Assembly: GCF_028641065.1 (NCBI RefSeq)
Contig: NC_073393.1
Span: 1 to 64,000, forward strand
Direction: 5' to 3'
Origin: Leucoraja erinacea
Taxonomy: Eukaryota
DNA length: 64,000 nucleotides
Positions 13,671 to 26,600 of this stretch are shown piece after piece (position 1 is the stretch's first letter; each line of letters starts with the position of its first letter). The notes under the pieces were generated by a model. It was not told the origin of the DNA, did no database searches, and saw only the letters and a program-made list of their open reading frames with translations. The position numbers and the translations under genes were made by a program.

Positions 13671-13687
13671 TAAAGATATGATCTTTG
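13671..13687. mobile_element. Degenerate fused-TIR footprint, 17 bp
   Basis: ctcccacc-TAAAGATATGATCTTTG-ctcgctcc; TSD 6/8. Confidence 0.5.
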
Positions 13688-13706
13688 CTCGCTCCGCACT
13701 CTCCAC

Positions 13707-13928
13707 CAAAGATCTTGTCAATTTTATTCTTGACAAGAAGTTTGAACTGGCAGATTTATGAATCTAACCCACACAACATTGATTACACTGCGAGTCGGGT
13801 CGGGTCAGGTAGGCTCAGGTTGCTAAAATGGGCGGGGAAAAATGCCCATGATCCCCTCCATAGCTACTACACGTCAGCCCATTGCATTTAGCAGGAGTAG
13901 CCTATCTTGCTCTGCTATAGGATCTTTG
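13707..13928. mobile_element. 222-bp non-autonomous DNA transposon (MITE) of the same family
   Basis: ctctccac-CAAAGATCTT...CTATCTTGCTCTGCTATAGGATCTTTG-ctctccac; perfect 8-bp TSD. Confidence 0.85.
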
Positions 13929-15426
13929 CTCTCCACTCTCTCTCTCTCCCCCACCACACACACACACTTGACACTAGCCACTGTAGAAGCGCCCTGCACT
14001 CTAGACTCACCCAGTCTCCAGCCTTGTGAGTACAATGACCTCCTGGTTCCCGCCCGGGCCCCAGTGAGCGACGACAAAGATCATGTGAATCAGAATCACG
14101 AGGCTAATCCCCAGAGATAATCTAGTTATTGTTCACAGCTCTGGTCTGGAAAATCACCCTGTCCCACGTTGTAGCCTGGAGTCACGTCAGCTGGACACGT
14201 CTCGACCAGAAACGTCACGCATTCATTCTCTCCAGAAATGCTGCCTGTCCCGCTGAGTTACTCCAGCATGTTGTGTTAATCGTCAGTGTAAACCAGCATC
14301 TGCAGTTCCTTGTATTCCCGTTATGCTTTTGATGGCTTGTCCTTAAATTGAGACTTTAATCTTAAAGGAGAGAGTTAAAGAGGTCAGGGAGAAAATTAAA
14401 CTGCCCGCGTCTGAAACTAAGTCAGAAGTACTGGAAGAACTCAGTCGGTCAGGCAGCATCGGTGGAAAGAGAAACCAGTCCATGTTTCTGGTCGGGTTGA
14501 GGTGAGACAACTTCGGCCCACAAAGTCCGTGCTGAACATGACGCCAAGTTAAACTAATCTCCTCTGCCTGCACGTGATCCATATCCCTCCATTCTCCACG
14601 TATCCATGTCCCTAGCCAAAAGCCTCTTAAACACCACTATCGTATCTGCCTCCACCACCACCCCTGACAGCACATTACCCCACACACGATGAGAGGCATA
14701 GATAGGGTAGACAGTCAGAACCTTTTTACCAGGATAGAAATGTCAAAGACCAGAGGGCACAGCTTTAAGGTGAGAGGGGCAAAGTTGAAAGGAGAGTTGC
14801 GGGGCAAGCATTTGACACAGAAGGTTGGGGGGTGCTCAAATATTGTCTTCCTGTTCGGGTTGGCTGATTAAGTGTGTTTTGTCCGTAGTCAGCAGATGTC
14901 TGAGACCGCAAGTCCACTTGAACGTACTGAGCCAGATCAGTTGTTACCGAACTGAACTCACTGTGGAATGAATGCATTAATGGGGCCACTCTGCTGCTGG
15001 ATCCGAAGTTGTCCGTGCCGCTGACGGTAAAGTCTGTGAAAGCAGCCCCATCAGAAACTGTGAGGCCTCGCATCCTCGGCGCTTCTGACACGCCGGCTCC
15101 GTCATGCTGGCTGTTTGGTTTGAGGCATCGTGACAGAGCCGGGCCGGGCATCAGCGGTACGGGAAAATGTCGGCGTTTTTCGAGCAGAGCACTTCAGACC
15201 CCGAGTACTGAGTTATGTTGGGTGGGCAGTAGGCGGTGACAAAATGAGTTAGTTGGGGATGGAAGATTTTATTAAAATATGTGTACATAAAATTGTCCAA
15301 ATGTTTTGAGGAGTGCATGAGTGAATGTAAAAGTGAATTAGCTAGCGAAATGGAAGAAATCACGGCGTTTCAGCGTGTGGTTTTGGCGGACCAAGGAATC
15401 AAAGGCCGAATCTGACATACACCCAC

Positions 15427-15462
15427 AAACACACGCACACACATACACACACACACACAGAG

Positions 15463-15502
<40 letters not shown>

Positions 15503-15503
15503 T
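15427..15503. repeat. (CA)n and (GATA)n microsatellites
   Basis: Direct inspection. Confidence 0.95.
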
Positions 15504-16606
15504 ATCCAGGTACACTCTGAGAAGAAAAAAAATGTTGAAATATTTATTTTGTCCAATTTCATTTGTTGCCATATTTATTTTGTTTGTGAGGTCAAAAATC
15601 CATCTGTTTGGACTTAAAATATTTTATCAAGACTAGATGTTACATTCCTTCTTAGAATTGTACTTCCTCTGCACAGTGAATGTGTGTTGGATAATGCTGT
15701 TAACATGTGCAGTGTCGTTCCACACAGCTGTTTGTAAAGGTCATTTGAGAATGTGATGATCCAGTTAGAATGTGATCTGTGCGACATCACCCACTGCCTT
15801 CACTGCAAATGTCCATGTGGGATTCATACAGAAGGTGATACACGCCTGTCTAATAGGCAGCGGAGGAGTATGTCACTCAGTTAGTCATTCCTTCTCTCCA
15901 GAAATGCTGCCTGTCCTGCAGTGTTACTCCAGCATTTTGTGTCTTTCTTCAGTGTAAACCAGCATCTGCGCTTTAGTTTACTTTTGTGTAAGAAGGAACT
16001 GCAGATGCCAGTTTAAACCGAAGATACACACAAAAAGCTGGTGACCCAGCGGGACAGGCAGCATCTCTGGAGAGAAGGAATGGGTGGCGTTTCGAGTTGA
16101 GACCCTACTTTAGTCTCGACTCAAAACGTCACCAATTCCTTCTGTTCAGGGATTCTGCCTGTCCCGCTGAGTTACCCCAGCTTTTAGTGTCTATTTTGGT
16201 TTGGTTTGGTTTAGTTTAGTTTAGAGATACAGTGCAGAAACAGGCCTTTCGGCCCACCGTGTCCGCACTGACCAGCGATCCCTGCACACTTGAATGGTAG
16301 GGAATGTCAGGAATGGTGGAGAAAGGAACTGGAGATGCTAGTTTAAACCAAAGATAGACACAAAAAGCTGGAGTAACTCAGTGGGACGGGCAGCATCTCT
16401 GGAGAGAAGGAATGGGTGACATTTCGGGTCGAGGCCCTTCTTCAGATTCTATAAGGAGAACGTCCCAACGCTATAAACATCCTCGTCCACGGATTTCCCC
16501 AATGTTCGTCACAATAAGAAATCAGTCTCTGTATATTTGGTTAAAAAAGAACTGCAGATGCTGGAAAAATCAAAGTTGGACAAAAATGCTGGAGAAACTG
16601 ATCAGT

Positions 16607-16634
16607 CTGAAGAAGGGTCTCAACCCGAAACGTC
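16607..16634 (+). ncRNA. Minimal type I hammerhead-like core in a Penelope-type repeat (representative copy)
   Basis: CTGAAGA-A-GGGTCTCAACCC-GAAAC-GTC; same motif at about 8413, 18522, 31048, 45826 (+) and about 16445, 19277, 44101 (-). Confidence 0.6.
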
Positions 16635-17495
16635 GCCTATTCCTTCTCCCCATAGATGCTGCCTCACCCGCTGAGTTTCTCCAGGATTTTTGTCTACCCT
16701 GCATATCTGGTTGGTCTTGTTTTTTTGCAGGGATCGGACGCTGCAACTGGAGAATTTATTCTGGCTGTTCAATGCCAGACTGCCCAAATTCTGTGTCTTT
16801 CCCCCTGCGATCCACGCACACTAACACTATCGTACACACAGGGATGATGTACAATTACAACAGCCAATTCACCTACAAACTTTCAAGAGGGAGCTCTTGA
16901 AAATAGCGGAGTCAGGGGATATGAGGAGAAGGCAGGAACGGGGTACTGATTGGGGATGATCAGCCATGATCACATTGAATGGCGGTGCTGGCATGAAGGG
17001 CCGAATGGCCTACTCCTGCACCTATTGTCATAAACCTGCATGTCTTTGGAATGTGGGAGGAAACCGGAGCACCCGGAGAAAACCCACGTGGGTCACGGGG
17101 AGAACGTACAAAATCCGTACAGACAGCACCCGTAGTCAGGATGGAACCCGGGTCTCTGGCGCTGTGAGGCAGCAATTCTACCGCTGTGCCACCGAGCCGC
17201 ACTAATATACCATGCTTTGTTCTGAATATTCAGTGTCATATTTATTTCAATAGTTTTTATTTATTTCAGAGTTCAAGTAAATCCCATTTTAGAATCAAAG
17301 GAAAATATACGAGTGATTTAAATCTTCATGCATTCAAGTCAAACTCATTGAAATTAATACAGACGATGAGAACACAGTGAAGGATGACTACTGATTGTGG
17401 CAACATTAAAATGAAGTTAGTTTAGTCGAGGTACAGGAGCAATCTCGATGTTGCTTCAACAAACTGCTGTCGGGCTGTCGGAGCAGATTTGTTTT

Positions 17496-17686
17496 TCATT
17501 TCCTCAGTTGGTGTATTTTGGACATGAATTTCTTTATTCGTTCAGTGTCCAGTTCATTGGCCCAATATCCTGCTTTCTTAAAATGTGAACCAATGATGAA
17601 GCCGTCTGCAGCCATGTACTGCTCCATGTTTTCATAGCTCACACCTGAGCCAACCAACACGGGAATCTTCAAAGCTTCTTTAACCT
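17496..17686 (-). CDS. BtpA-family exon 6 (last)
   Basis: EVKEALKIPVLVGSGVSYENMEQYMAADGFIIGSHFKKAGYWANELDTERIKKFMSKIHQLRK*. Confidence 0.93.
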
Positions 17687-20600
17687 CTGCACAGAATAGA
17701 GGATACTCATGTATAATATTAACACTAATAAATGTTACAATATCAAATGCCTCATTTTAGAGAGGACTAAGAACTTGAAAATAAAGTTTTCTACTTTAAC
17801 GTGGCGACTCGGTGGCGCAGCGGTAGAGTTGCTGCCTCACAGCGCCAGAGACCCGGGTTCCATCCTGACTACGGGTGCTGTCTGTACGGAGTTTGCACGT
17901 TCTCCCCATGACCGTGGGGGTTTTCTCCGAGATCTTCGGTGTCCCCCCACACTCCAAAGACCAGGTTTATAGGTTAATTGGGTTGGTATAAATGTAAATT
18001 GTTCTGAGTGTGTGTAGGATAGTGTTAATGTGCGGGGATCACTAGTTCACACGGACTCGGTGGGCCAAACTAAACTAAAGAAATAGCATAATACAGCCAA
18101 ATCATTTAGTTTAGAGATACAGCATGGAAACAGGCCCTTCGGCGCAATGTGTCCACACCTACTAACGATTACCCTTCACATTGCCTCATAGCACTGGAGA
18201 CCATGGTTCGATCCTGACCATGGGTGCTGTCTGTATGGAGTTTGCACGTTCTCTCTGTGACCACGTGGGTTTCCTCTGGGTGCTCCGGTATCCTCCCACA
18301 TTCCAGAGACGTGGGGATTGTAGTTTAATTGGCCCTGTGGAAATTTCCCCTTGTGTGTAGGATACGAAGTGGGATAACATAGAACTAGTGAGCAGGTGAT
18401 GAATGATTGGTATAGACTCAGTGGGCCGATGAGTGCGTTTCTACGAAGTATCTCTAAACTAAACTAAACCAAGGAACCAGCTACAATCACATTATCAGGT
18501 TCTATGACTGTAAGATTGGGTCTGAAGAAGGCTTCTGTCCCGAAACATCAGCTATTACATTTCTCCGTAGATGTTGCCTGACCTGCTAAGTTACTCCAGC
18601 ACTTTGTGATTATCTTCAGTATAAACCAGCATCTGCAATTCCATGTGTTGGAAGGAACTGCAGATCTTAGTTTAAACCAAACTAATAGATACTAGACAAT
18701 AGGTGCATGAGTAGGCCATACGGCCCTTCGAGCCAGCACCGCCATCCAATGTGATCATGGCAGATCATCCACAATCAGTACCCCGTTCCTGCCTTCTCCC
18801 CATATCCCCTATCTTTAAGTGCCCTATCTAGCTCTCTCTTGAAAGTTTCCAGAGAACCGGCCTCCACCGCCCTCTGAGGCAGAGAATTCCACAATCACAA
18901 CTCTCTGTGTGTAAAAGTGTTTCCTCATCTCCGTTCTAAATGGCTTACCCCTTATTCTTAAACTGTAGCCCCTGGTCTGGACTCCCCCAACATCGGGAAC
19001 ATGTTTCCTGCCTCTAGCGTGTCTAAACCCTTAATAATCTCATATGTTTCAATAGGATCCCCTCTCATCCTTCTAAATTCCATAGTATACAAGGCCAGGC
19101 GCTCCATTCTCTCAGCATAAGAATATACAAAGAATATACAAACAATGATAGACTTGGAGTCATAGAGTGTAGGAAGGAACTGCAAATAGACACTAATAGC
19201 TGGAGTAACTCAGCGGGACAGGCAGCATCTCTGGAGAGAAGGAATGGGTGACGTTTCGGGTTGAGTCCCTTCTTCAGAAGTAGGGTCTCAACCTGAAATG
19301 TCACCCATTCCCTCGATCCAGAGATGCTGCCTGTCCCGCTGAGTTACTCCAGCTTTTTGTTTTCTATCTTCGGTTTAAAGGATGCACGTACCTTTCAGCT
19401 GTGCAGGATCAGTCTCCTGCCCCGTGGCTATTCCGGTCACTATGACTCCGTCAGCCAGGAAGAATTCAGCAGCCCTACCGGTCTCTGCTATACTAACGTC
19501 TGCAGTCAGGGCGTGTGAGCTGGAAACAGACCAGTCAAACTAAATGCATGATTTCAGCAGCAGACAAGTTTTAACACTGACATGCTTGTGTTTTTCAGTT
19601 ACGGAGGAACAAGACCAGGTAGCAATTTAAAGACAAGAGTGAGGACTTTAAAGTGGAGACATGAGTGTATTGGCAGACCTTCAGCAGCTCTAGAGACGGG
19701 AGACTGGTCAGCAGGGAAATAGGTTTCATGTGGATGGGGAAAGATTCTTGAATAAAACACAAAGTGCAGGAGGAAATTAGCGGCTCGGGCAGCATCTGTG
19801 GAGGGAATGGATAGATGACGTTTCTCGACCAAAAACGTCATCCATTCCTTCTCTCCAGAGATGCTGCCTGTCCCGCTGAGTTACTCCAACTTTTTGTGTC
19901 TCTCTTCGGTTTAAACCAGCATCTGCTGTTCCTTCCCATACACAGATGGCGTTTTGAGTCAGGACCTTTCATCAGACCCAACACGAAAAATGCTGTCTGT
20001 TTATTCCTCCCCCAGATGCTGCCTGACCCGCTAAGTTCTTCCAGCACTTTGTGTTTTGATCTAGAATCCAGCACTTGAAGTTCCTTGTGTCTCCAGGAAA
20101 TGGATTCTCACTGAGCAACGCTCAGGAAAATACAACATCTCAAGTTCAAGTTCAGGTGAGTTTATTGTCATGTGTCCCTGTATGGGACAATTAAATTCTT
20201 GCTTTGCTTCAGCACACAGAGCATAGTAGGCATTTACTACAGAACAGATAAGTGTGTTCATATACCATAATATAAATATATACACACATGAATAAATAAA
20301 CTGATAAAGTGCAAATAACAGAAAATGGGTTATTAATGAGTTTTGTCCGAGCCAAGTTTAATAGCCTGATGGCTGTGGGGAAGTAGCTATTCCTGAACCT
20401 GGTTGTTGCAGTCTTCAGACTCCTGTACCTTCTACCTGAAGGTAGCAGGGAGATGAGTGTGTGGCCAGGATGGTGTGGGTCTTTGATGATACTAACAGCC
20501 TTTTTGAGGCAGCGACTGCGATAAATCCCCTCGATGGAAGGAAGGTCAGAGCCAATGATGGACTGGGCAGTGTTTACTACTTTTTCTAGTCTTTTCCTCT

Positions 20601-23600
20601 CCAGGGCGCTCAAATTGCCAAACCAAGCCAAGATGCAACCGGTCAGCATGCTCTCTACTGTGCACCTGTAGAAGTTAGAGAGTCTTCCTTGACAAACCGA
20701 CTCTCCGTAATCTTCTCAGTAAGTAGAGGCGCTGATGAGCTTTCTTGATAATTGCATTAGTGTTCTCGGCCCAGGAATGATCTTCAGAGATGTGCACGCC
20801 AGGAATTTGAAGCTCTTGACCCTTTCAACCATCGACCCGTTGATATAAATGGGGCTGTGGGTCCCCCTCCTACTCCTTCCAAAGTCCACAATCAGTTCCT
20901 TGGTTTTGCTGGTGTTGAGGGTCAGGTTATTGCGCTGGCACCATATGGACAGTTGCTCGATCTCACTTCTATACTCTGACTCATCCCCATCAGTGATACG
21001 TCCCACAATAGTGGTGTCGTCAGCGAACTTGATGATGGAGTTCGCACTGTGATTGGCTAAGCAGTCATGGGTATAGAGTGAGTACAGCAGGGGGCTGAGC
21101 ACGCAGCCTTGAGGTGCTCCCGTGCTGATGGTTATTGAGGCTGACACATTTCCACCAATACGGACAGACTGTGGTCTGTGAATGAGGAAGTCGAGGATCC
21201 AATTGCAGAGGGATGCGCAGAGACCCAGTTCTGCAAGTTTGGTAACCAGCTTGGAGGGGATGATTGTATTAAATGCCGAGCTGTAATCGATGAATAACAG
21301 CCTGACATATGAGTTTTTGTTGTCCAAGTGGTCCAAAGCGGAGTGGAGGGCCAGCGAGATCGCATCCACCGTTGATCTGTTGTGGTGGTAAGCGAACTGC
21401 AGTGGGTCCAGGTTTTTGTCGAGGTAGGAGTTGATTTGCTCCATGATCAACCTCTCAAAGCACTTCATCACCACCGGCGGTAGTGCCACTGATCGATAGT
21501 TATTGAGGCACGTCACCTTACTCTTCTTGGGCACTGGTATAATTGATGCCCTTTTAAAGCAGGTGGGGACCTCAGACCTCAGAAGTGAGAGGTTGAAAAT
21601 GTCCATAAAAACTCCAGCCAGTTGGTCCGCACAGGTTTTTAGAACACGACCGGGTATACCATCAGGTCCAGGTGCTTTTCGGGGGTTCATCCCTCTGAAG
21701 GATTTCCTGACGTCGGCCTCTGTGACTGAAACTGAAATACCATCACAGCGAATGGGGGCTCGGGACGGCACATCAGTATTCAACCTATCAAAGCGTGTGT
21801 AGAACACATTGAGCTCGTCAGGGAGTGATGTTTCGCCGACATTCGAGCTGCCTGCCGGTTTCGCCTTGTAGGAGGTGATTGCATTCAGGCCCCACCACAG
21901 CTGCCGAACATCTGTCTCATCCTCCAGTTTGGAGCAGAAGTCCCTTTTGGCCTTTTTTATGACCTTACCAAGGTCGTATCTGGACTTCATGTAGGCCACT
22001 GTATCATTGGAAGTGAATGCCCTGTGTCTGGACTTCAGAAGAGTGCGGATCTCAAAGTTCATCCAAGGTTTCTGATTGGGAAACACTCGGAAGGTTTTTG
22101 TAGGGATGCAGTCCTCTACACATTTCTTTACGAAGTCTGTAACGACTGTGGCGTATTCGTTCAAGTCCGTTGCCGAGTCCTTGGAACATAGCCCAGTCTA
22201 CAGACTCCAAACAGTCCTGGAGTTGTTCCTCTGCCCCCCCCCCCCCCCCCCAACCAGCTCTGTACAGTCCTCACCTCTGGGGGTACGCTCTCAATTGCTG
22301 CCTGTAGGCAGGAAGAAGCAGCACCGCGGTATGGTCGGATTTACCGAAGTGAGGGCGAGGGATAGAACGATAGGCATTGTTGATGGTGATGTAGCAGTGG
22401 TCGAGGGTGTTGGGTCCTCTGGTGCAGCAGGAGACATGTTGGTGGAAGTTAGGGAGTGATTTCTTTAGGTTTGCCTTATTGAAGTCCCGAGCAATGGTGG
22501 TAAATGCCTCGGGGTAAGACTTCTGGTGTTTGTTGACCACGGCGTGCAGCTCCTCCAGTGCCAGACGGACGTCTGCCTGGGGTGGGATGTAGACCGCGGT
22601 CAGGATAACGGAGGTGAATTCCCTTGGGAGGTAGAAGGGACGGCACTTCACCACCAGATGTTCGAGGTGTGGAGAGCAGGAGTTGGACAGGACTGCCACG
22701 TCCGAGCACCACGCAGAATTGACCATGAGGCAGACGCCCCCTCCTCTCCCTTTTCCAGATGCCAGTGTACGGTCCATATGGTGGATGGAGAACCCTTCAG
22801 GCTGGACCGCTGAGTCTGGGGAGCTGGGGGTGAACCATGTCTCTGTGAAACAGAACACAGAGCATTCCCTCAGCTCCCTTTGATAAAGCAGCCTTTCCCT
22901 TAAGTCCTCCACTTTGTTTTCAAGGGACTGTACGTTGGCCAGTAGGATAGTAGGGAGAGGGGGCCGAAGTCCCCTGCGCTTCATTCTGACCTGAAGTCCT
23001 GCCCGTCAGCCACGTTTCCGGACACAATGGAGGCTTCCCCTTTGTTTCCAGGTACTGTACTTGCTGTACCTGCTGTTTCTGCGGACCTGCGCTGGAACGG
23101 GGATTCCCTCAAAGTTCGCAGCTCCAGCTCCGTTGTTCCTGGAAGATCCAGCCCGTCGGCTCTGGGGGTCATCCCGGGGTCTCCAGGTACAGTACCTGGG
23201 ATCCTCGGTCGGGTCAGGAGTTTCACAGCCAGCGTGGGAATATTTAAACTCCGGGGCTCCCGCAGCTGCGGGAGATCGCGAAATTGCGAGAGCCTTGAAG
23301 TGCTCAAACAGCGTGTCCAAAACGGCACCGATTTCTGCCGTTTTTCTGATCCAGGTAAGTTGTTGGAAGTTGTAGTTGAGCCTTTTATGTTCCGGAGCTC
23401 TGCAAAAGTCGCAGCAGGCAGGCTCCAGTTACTACAAATGCAAAATAACAGCAAATGTTGGCAACACTCAACAGATCAGGCATCATCTGTGGACTCTTAT
23501 GACATTGCACGTCATAAGAGTCAGTGATACAGTGTGGAAACAGGCCCTTCGGCCCCACATTCCCTCACGTCCTAGCTACACCTGAGCCACCTGCTGCGTT

Positions 23601-26600
23601 TGGTCCATATCCCTCCAAACCTGTCCTCTCCATGTACCTGTCTAACTGTTTCTTAAAGGTTGGGATAGTCCCAGCCTCAACTGCCTCCTCTGGCAGCTCG
23701 ATGCATACACCCACCACCCTTTGTGCGAAAATGTTACCCCTCAGAATAGAAACATAGAAAATAGGTGCAGGAGTAGGCCATTTGGAGCTTTGAACCTGCA
23801 CCGCCATTCAATATGATCATGGCTGATCATCCAACTCAGTATCCTGTATCTGCCTTCTCTCAGGCCAAGCACTCTTTATCGGAACAAAGGAGAATACTTC
23901 TGCAGAATACTTGTTGAATGCTTTGAATATGCTAATTACTGGGTAGAAATAATGACTGATATCAACAGTACCTGTGCTTTTTCTTAATGTCAGCAAAGAT
24001 TTGAATGTTCTCAGCTCCTATTTGCTTGCGGTATCTAAGCAGGTCGCTAGCACATGCATCTAGAAACCCTTCATCTGAAATTTGTGAGAACACAAACCCT
24101 TCAGCCCGAATAAAATCAGCGTCTAGGAAAGAAATAGATGGAATGTTCAATTTGTTTATTCCTGAGAGTAGACATACTCTAAACGAGAAATTATATAGGA
24201 GGAAAAAATAGCTGGATGTACAGGTGAGTCTAGTGTAGTTTAGTTTAGGGATACAGCGTGGAAGCAGGTCCTTCAGCTCATTGAGTCCACAGCGACCATC
24301 GATCACTGTACACTAGTTCTACCCTACACACTTAACCTACAAACCTATACGTCTTTGCGATGTGGGAGGAAACCTGGGCACCCTGAGAAATCCCACGTGG
24401 TCACAGGGAGAACGTACAAATTCTGTACAGGCAGCAGCAGCTGTAGTCAAGTTTCAACCCAGGTCTCTGGTGTTATAAGGCAGTAACTCTATTGCTGCGC
24501 CACTGTGCTCTGGTACTGTCCCTTTCACATTAGTTAATTCTCTTCTGAATTTAAGCTGGCCTTTGTAGGACTCAAGGAGTTGGACAGGCTCATTGCCAGA
24601 GACACTTTAATGTCAGATTGGTGAGTCAAGGAAAATATGTGGCTGTTAGAGAACAGAGAAGTCACTTCATGGTTGGACAAGTAAAATGGAAGATATTACT
24701 ATGTTTAAAAGATGCTTTTGATTTATGAATCTTACGCATGCAGATTTTTAATATAATTGTTGTTTTTGTGTAGTCTTGTCTTGTGGTCATCACTCCCGAA
24801 GAGACCACGGACTGTACTGGAACTATCCTACACCTACTAGGAACATGTTTTACATTTACCAAGCCAATTAACCTACAAACCTGTACGTCTTTGGAGTGTG
24901 GGAGGAACCGAATATCTCGGGGAAAACCCAAGCAGGTCATGGGGAGAACGTACAAACTCCCTACAGACAGCACCCGTGGTCGGGATCGAACCCGGGTCTC
25001 CCGCGCTGCATTCGCTGTAAGGCAGCAACTCTACCGCTGGGCCACTGGTATTAGGTTTCTATTAGGTTTCAGGGTGGATAAACAAACCAATCAAAGAATG
25101 AGAGGAGATTTCATTGAAACTTAAATAATTTGCTACCACAAATAAAGACACAGAGTGCTGGAGTAACTCAGCGGGTCAGGCAGCATCTGTGGAGAACAGG
25201 GATTGGTGATGTTTCACAGAATGCTGGAGTAACTCATTGGATCAGGCAGCATCTGTGGAGAACATGAATAGGTGACGTTTCAGAGTGCTGGAGTAACTCA
25301 GGAGGTCAGGCAGCATCTGTGGAGAACATGGATAAGTGACGTTTCACAGTGTGCTGGAATAACTCAGCGGGTCAGGCAGCATCTGTGGAGAACATGGATA
25401 GGTAATGTTTCGGCTCAGGATCCCTCTTCAGACCTCTGAAGGGGCCCAACCTGAAACATCACCTATCCAATGTTCTCTAGAGATGCTGCCTGACCCACTG
25501 AGTTACTTCAGCATTTTGTTTTATGTTCAAGACCCTTGTGTGCCTGTGATAACAGAGGTTGTTCTAACGTCTAAACGCACGCGCTTCATTTAACAGGTGA
25601 TCTGGGCTCGGGAATGGAATTGTTCACATATATACAGACCTGTGGCCAGTGCGACGGCCATGGCTTGTTGATTGGCTGCAGAGAGCATCTGGACACCGAG
25701 AGGAAGGCTGGGGTAAGACTGTCTGACTGCAACACAAATGGCGGCCATGATCGCTGTCACCTCCGGACCCACTCTTGGACTGTAGGGAATGTCGTGCATG
25801 TTCTCCACAATCAATCCATCCTTTGGAATACCAGACAGATCCAGGAAATATATATCAATAAATATATTTGAACATGATCATCTTTACCATATCAACCAAT
25901 TCCAATCTCTAGAACATAGAAAGCTCAGGACTATATTCTGTATCTTACACATTGCTCTATCCATTATACTGAGTTTGAATTGATTGTCTAAAGATAGCGG
26001 GGCCTCGCGGCAGCAGCCTTTGCAATCCGTCTGTCTTTAAAAACATTTTTTTGTCCTGTTGAGTGTATAGTTTGGTTGTAGTTTATATATTATTTTTAGC
26101 TGTGTATATGTGAGGGGGCGGGGTGGGGGGTGGAAACTTTTAAATCTCTTACCTGTACGGGGGCCCGACCCTTTCTCTGTCGGGTCTCCGTTGTCATTGG
26201 GGCCTAACACCGTGGAGTGGCCTGCAACCGGAACGACCTGGGGGCTCCAGTCGTGGAGCCTGCAGACTCACCATCGTGGAGCTGGCCGGCTTCGGAGCGT
26301 GGAGAGGTGTGCGACCCGACTTCGGAACTTTGCAGGCTCCAGCCGCAGGCCCGGTGGACGATGACATCGGGAGCTCACGAGTCCCTGGTGGGAGACGGCT
26401 TTTTGGAGCCCTCGCAACGGCAACTTCTCCCGCCCGAGTTGCGGGGTTGAAAACGACCCAGAGCGGGGCCTTACATCGCCCGGTGCGGCTTTAACAGCCG
26501 CGGGACTTGCCATCGCCCGCCAGGGGCTTTAACATCGGGAGAAGAATTGAAAACAGGGTAGAGGCAAGACTTTGCCTTCCATCACAGTGAGGAGGAGATT

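Noticed and set aside
14075-14087. CAAAGATCATGTG, another possible footprint near the hotspot (likewise CAAAGATCC near 8145)
   Set aside because: No matching right end and no 8-bp TSD
14765-15420. 128-aa and 70-aa ORFs in a CpG-containing patch
   Set aside because: No recognisable motif or splice structure; probably an unclassified repeat remnant, unresolved without a search
25150-25410. Regular direct repeats resembling a CRISPR array
   Set aside because: No unique spacers, eukaryotic context, unit derives from a dispersed repeat
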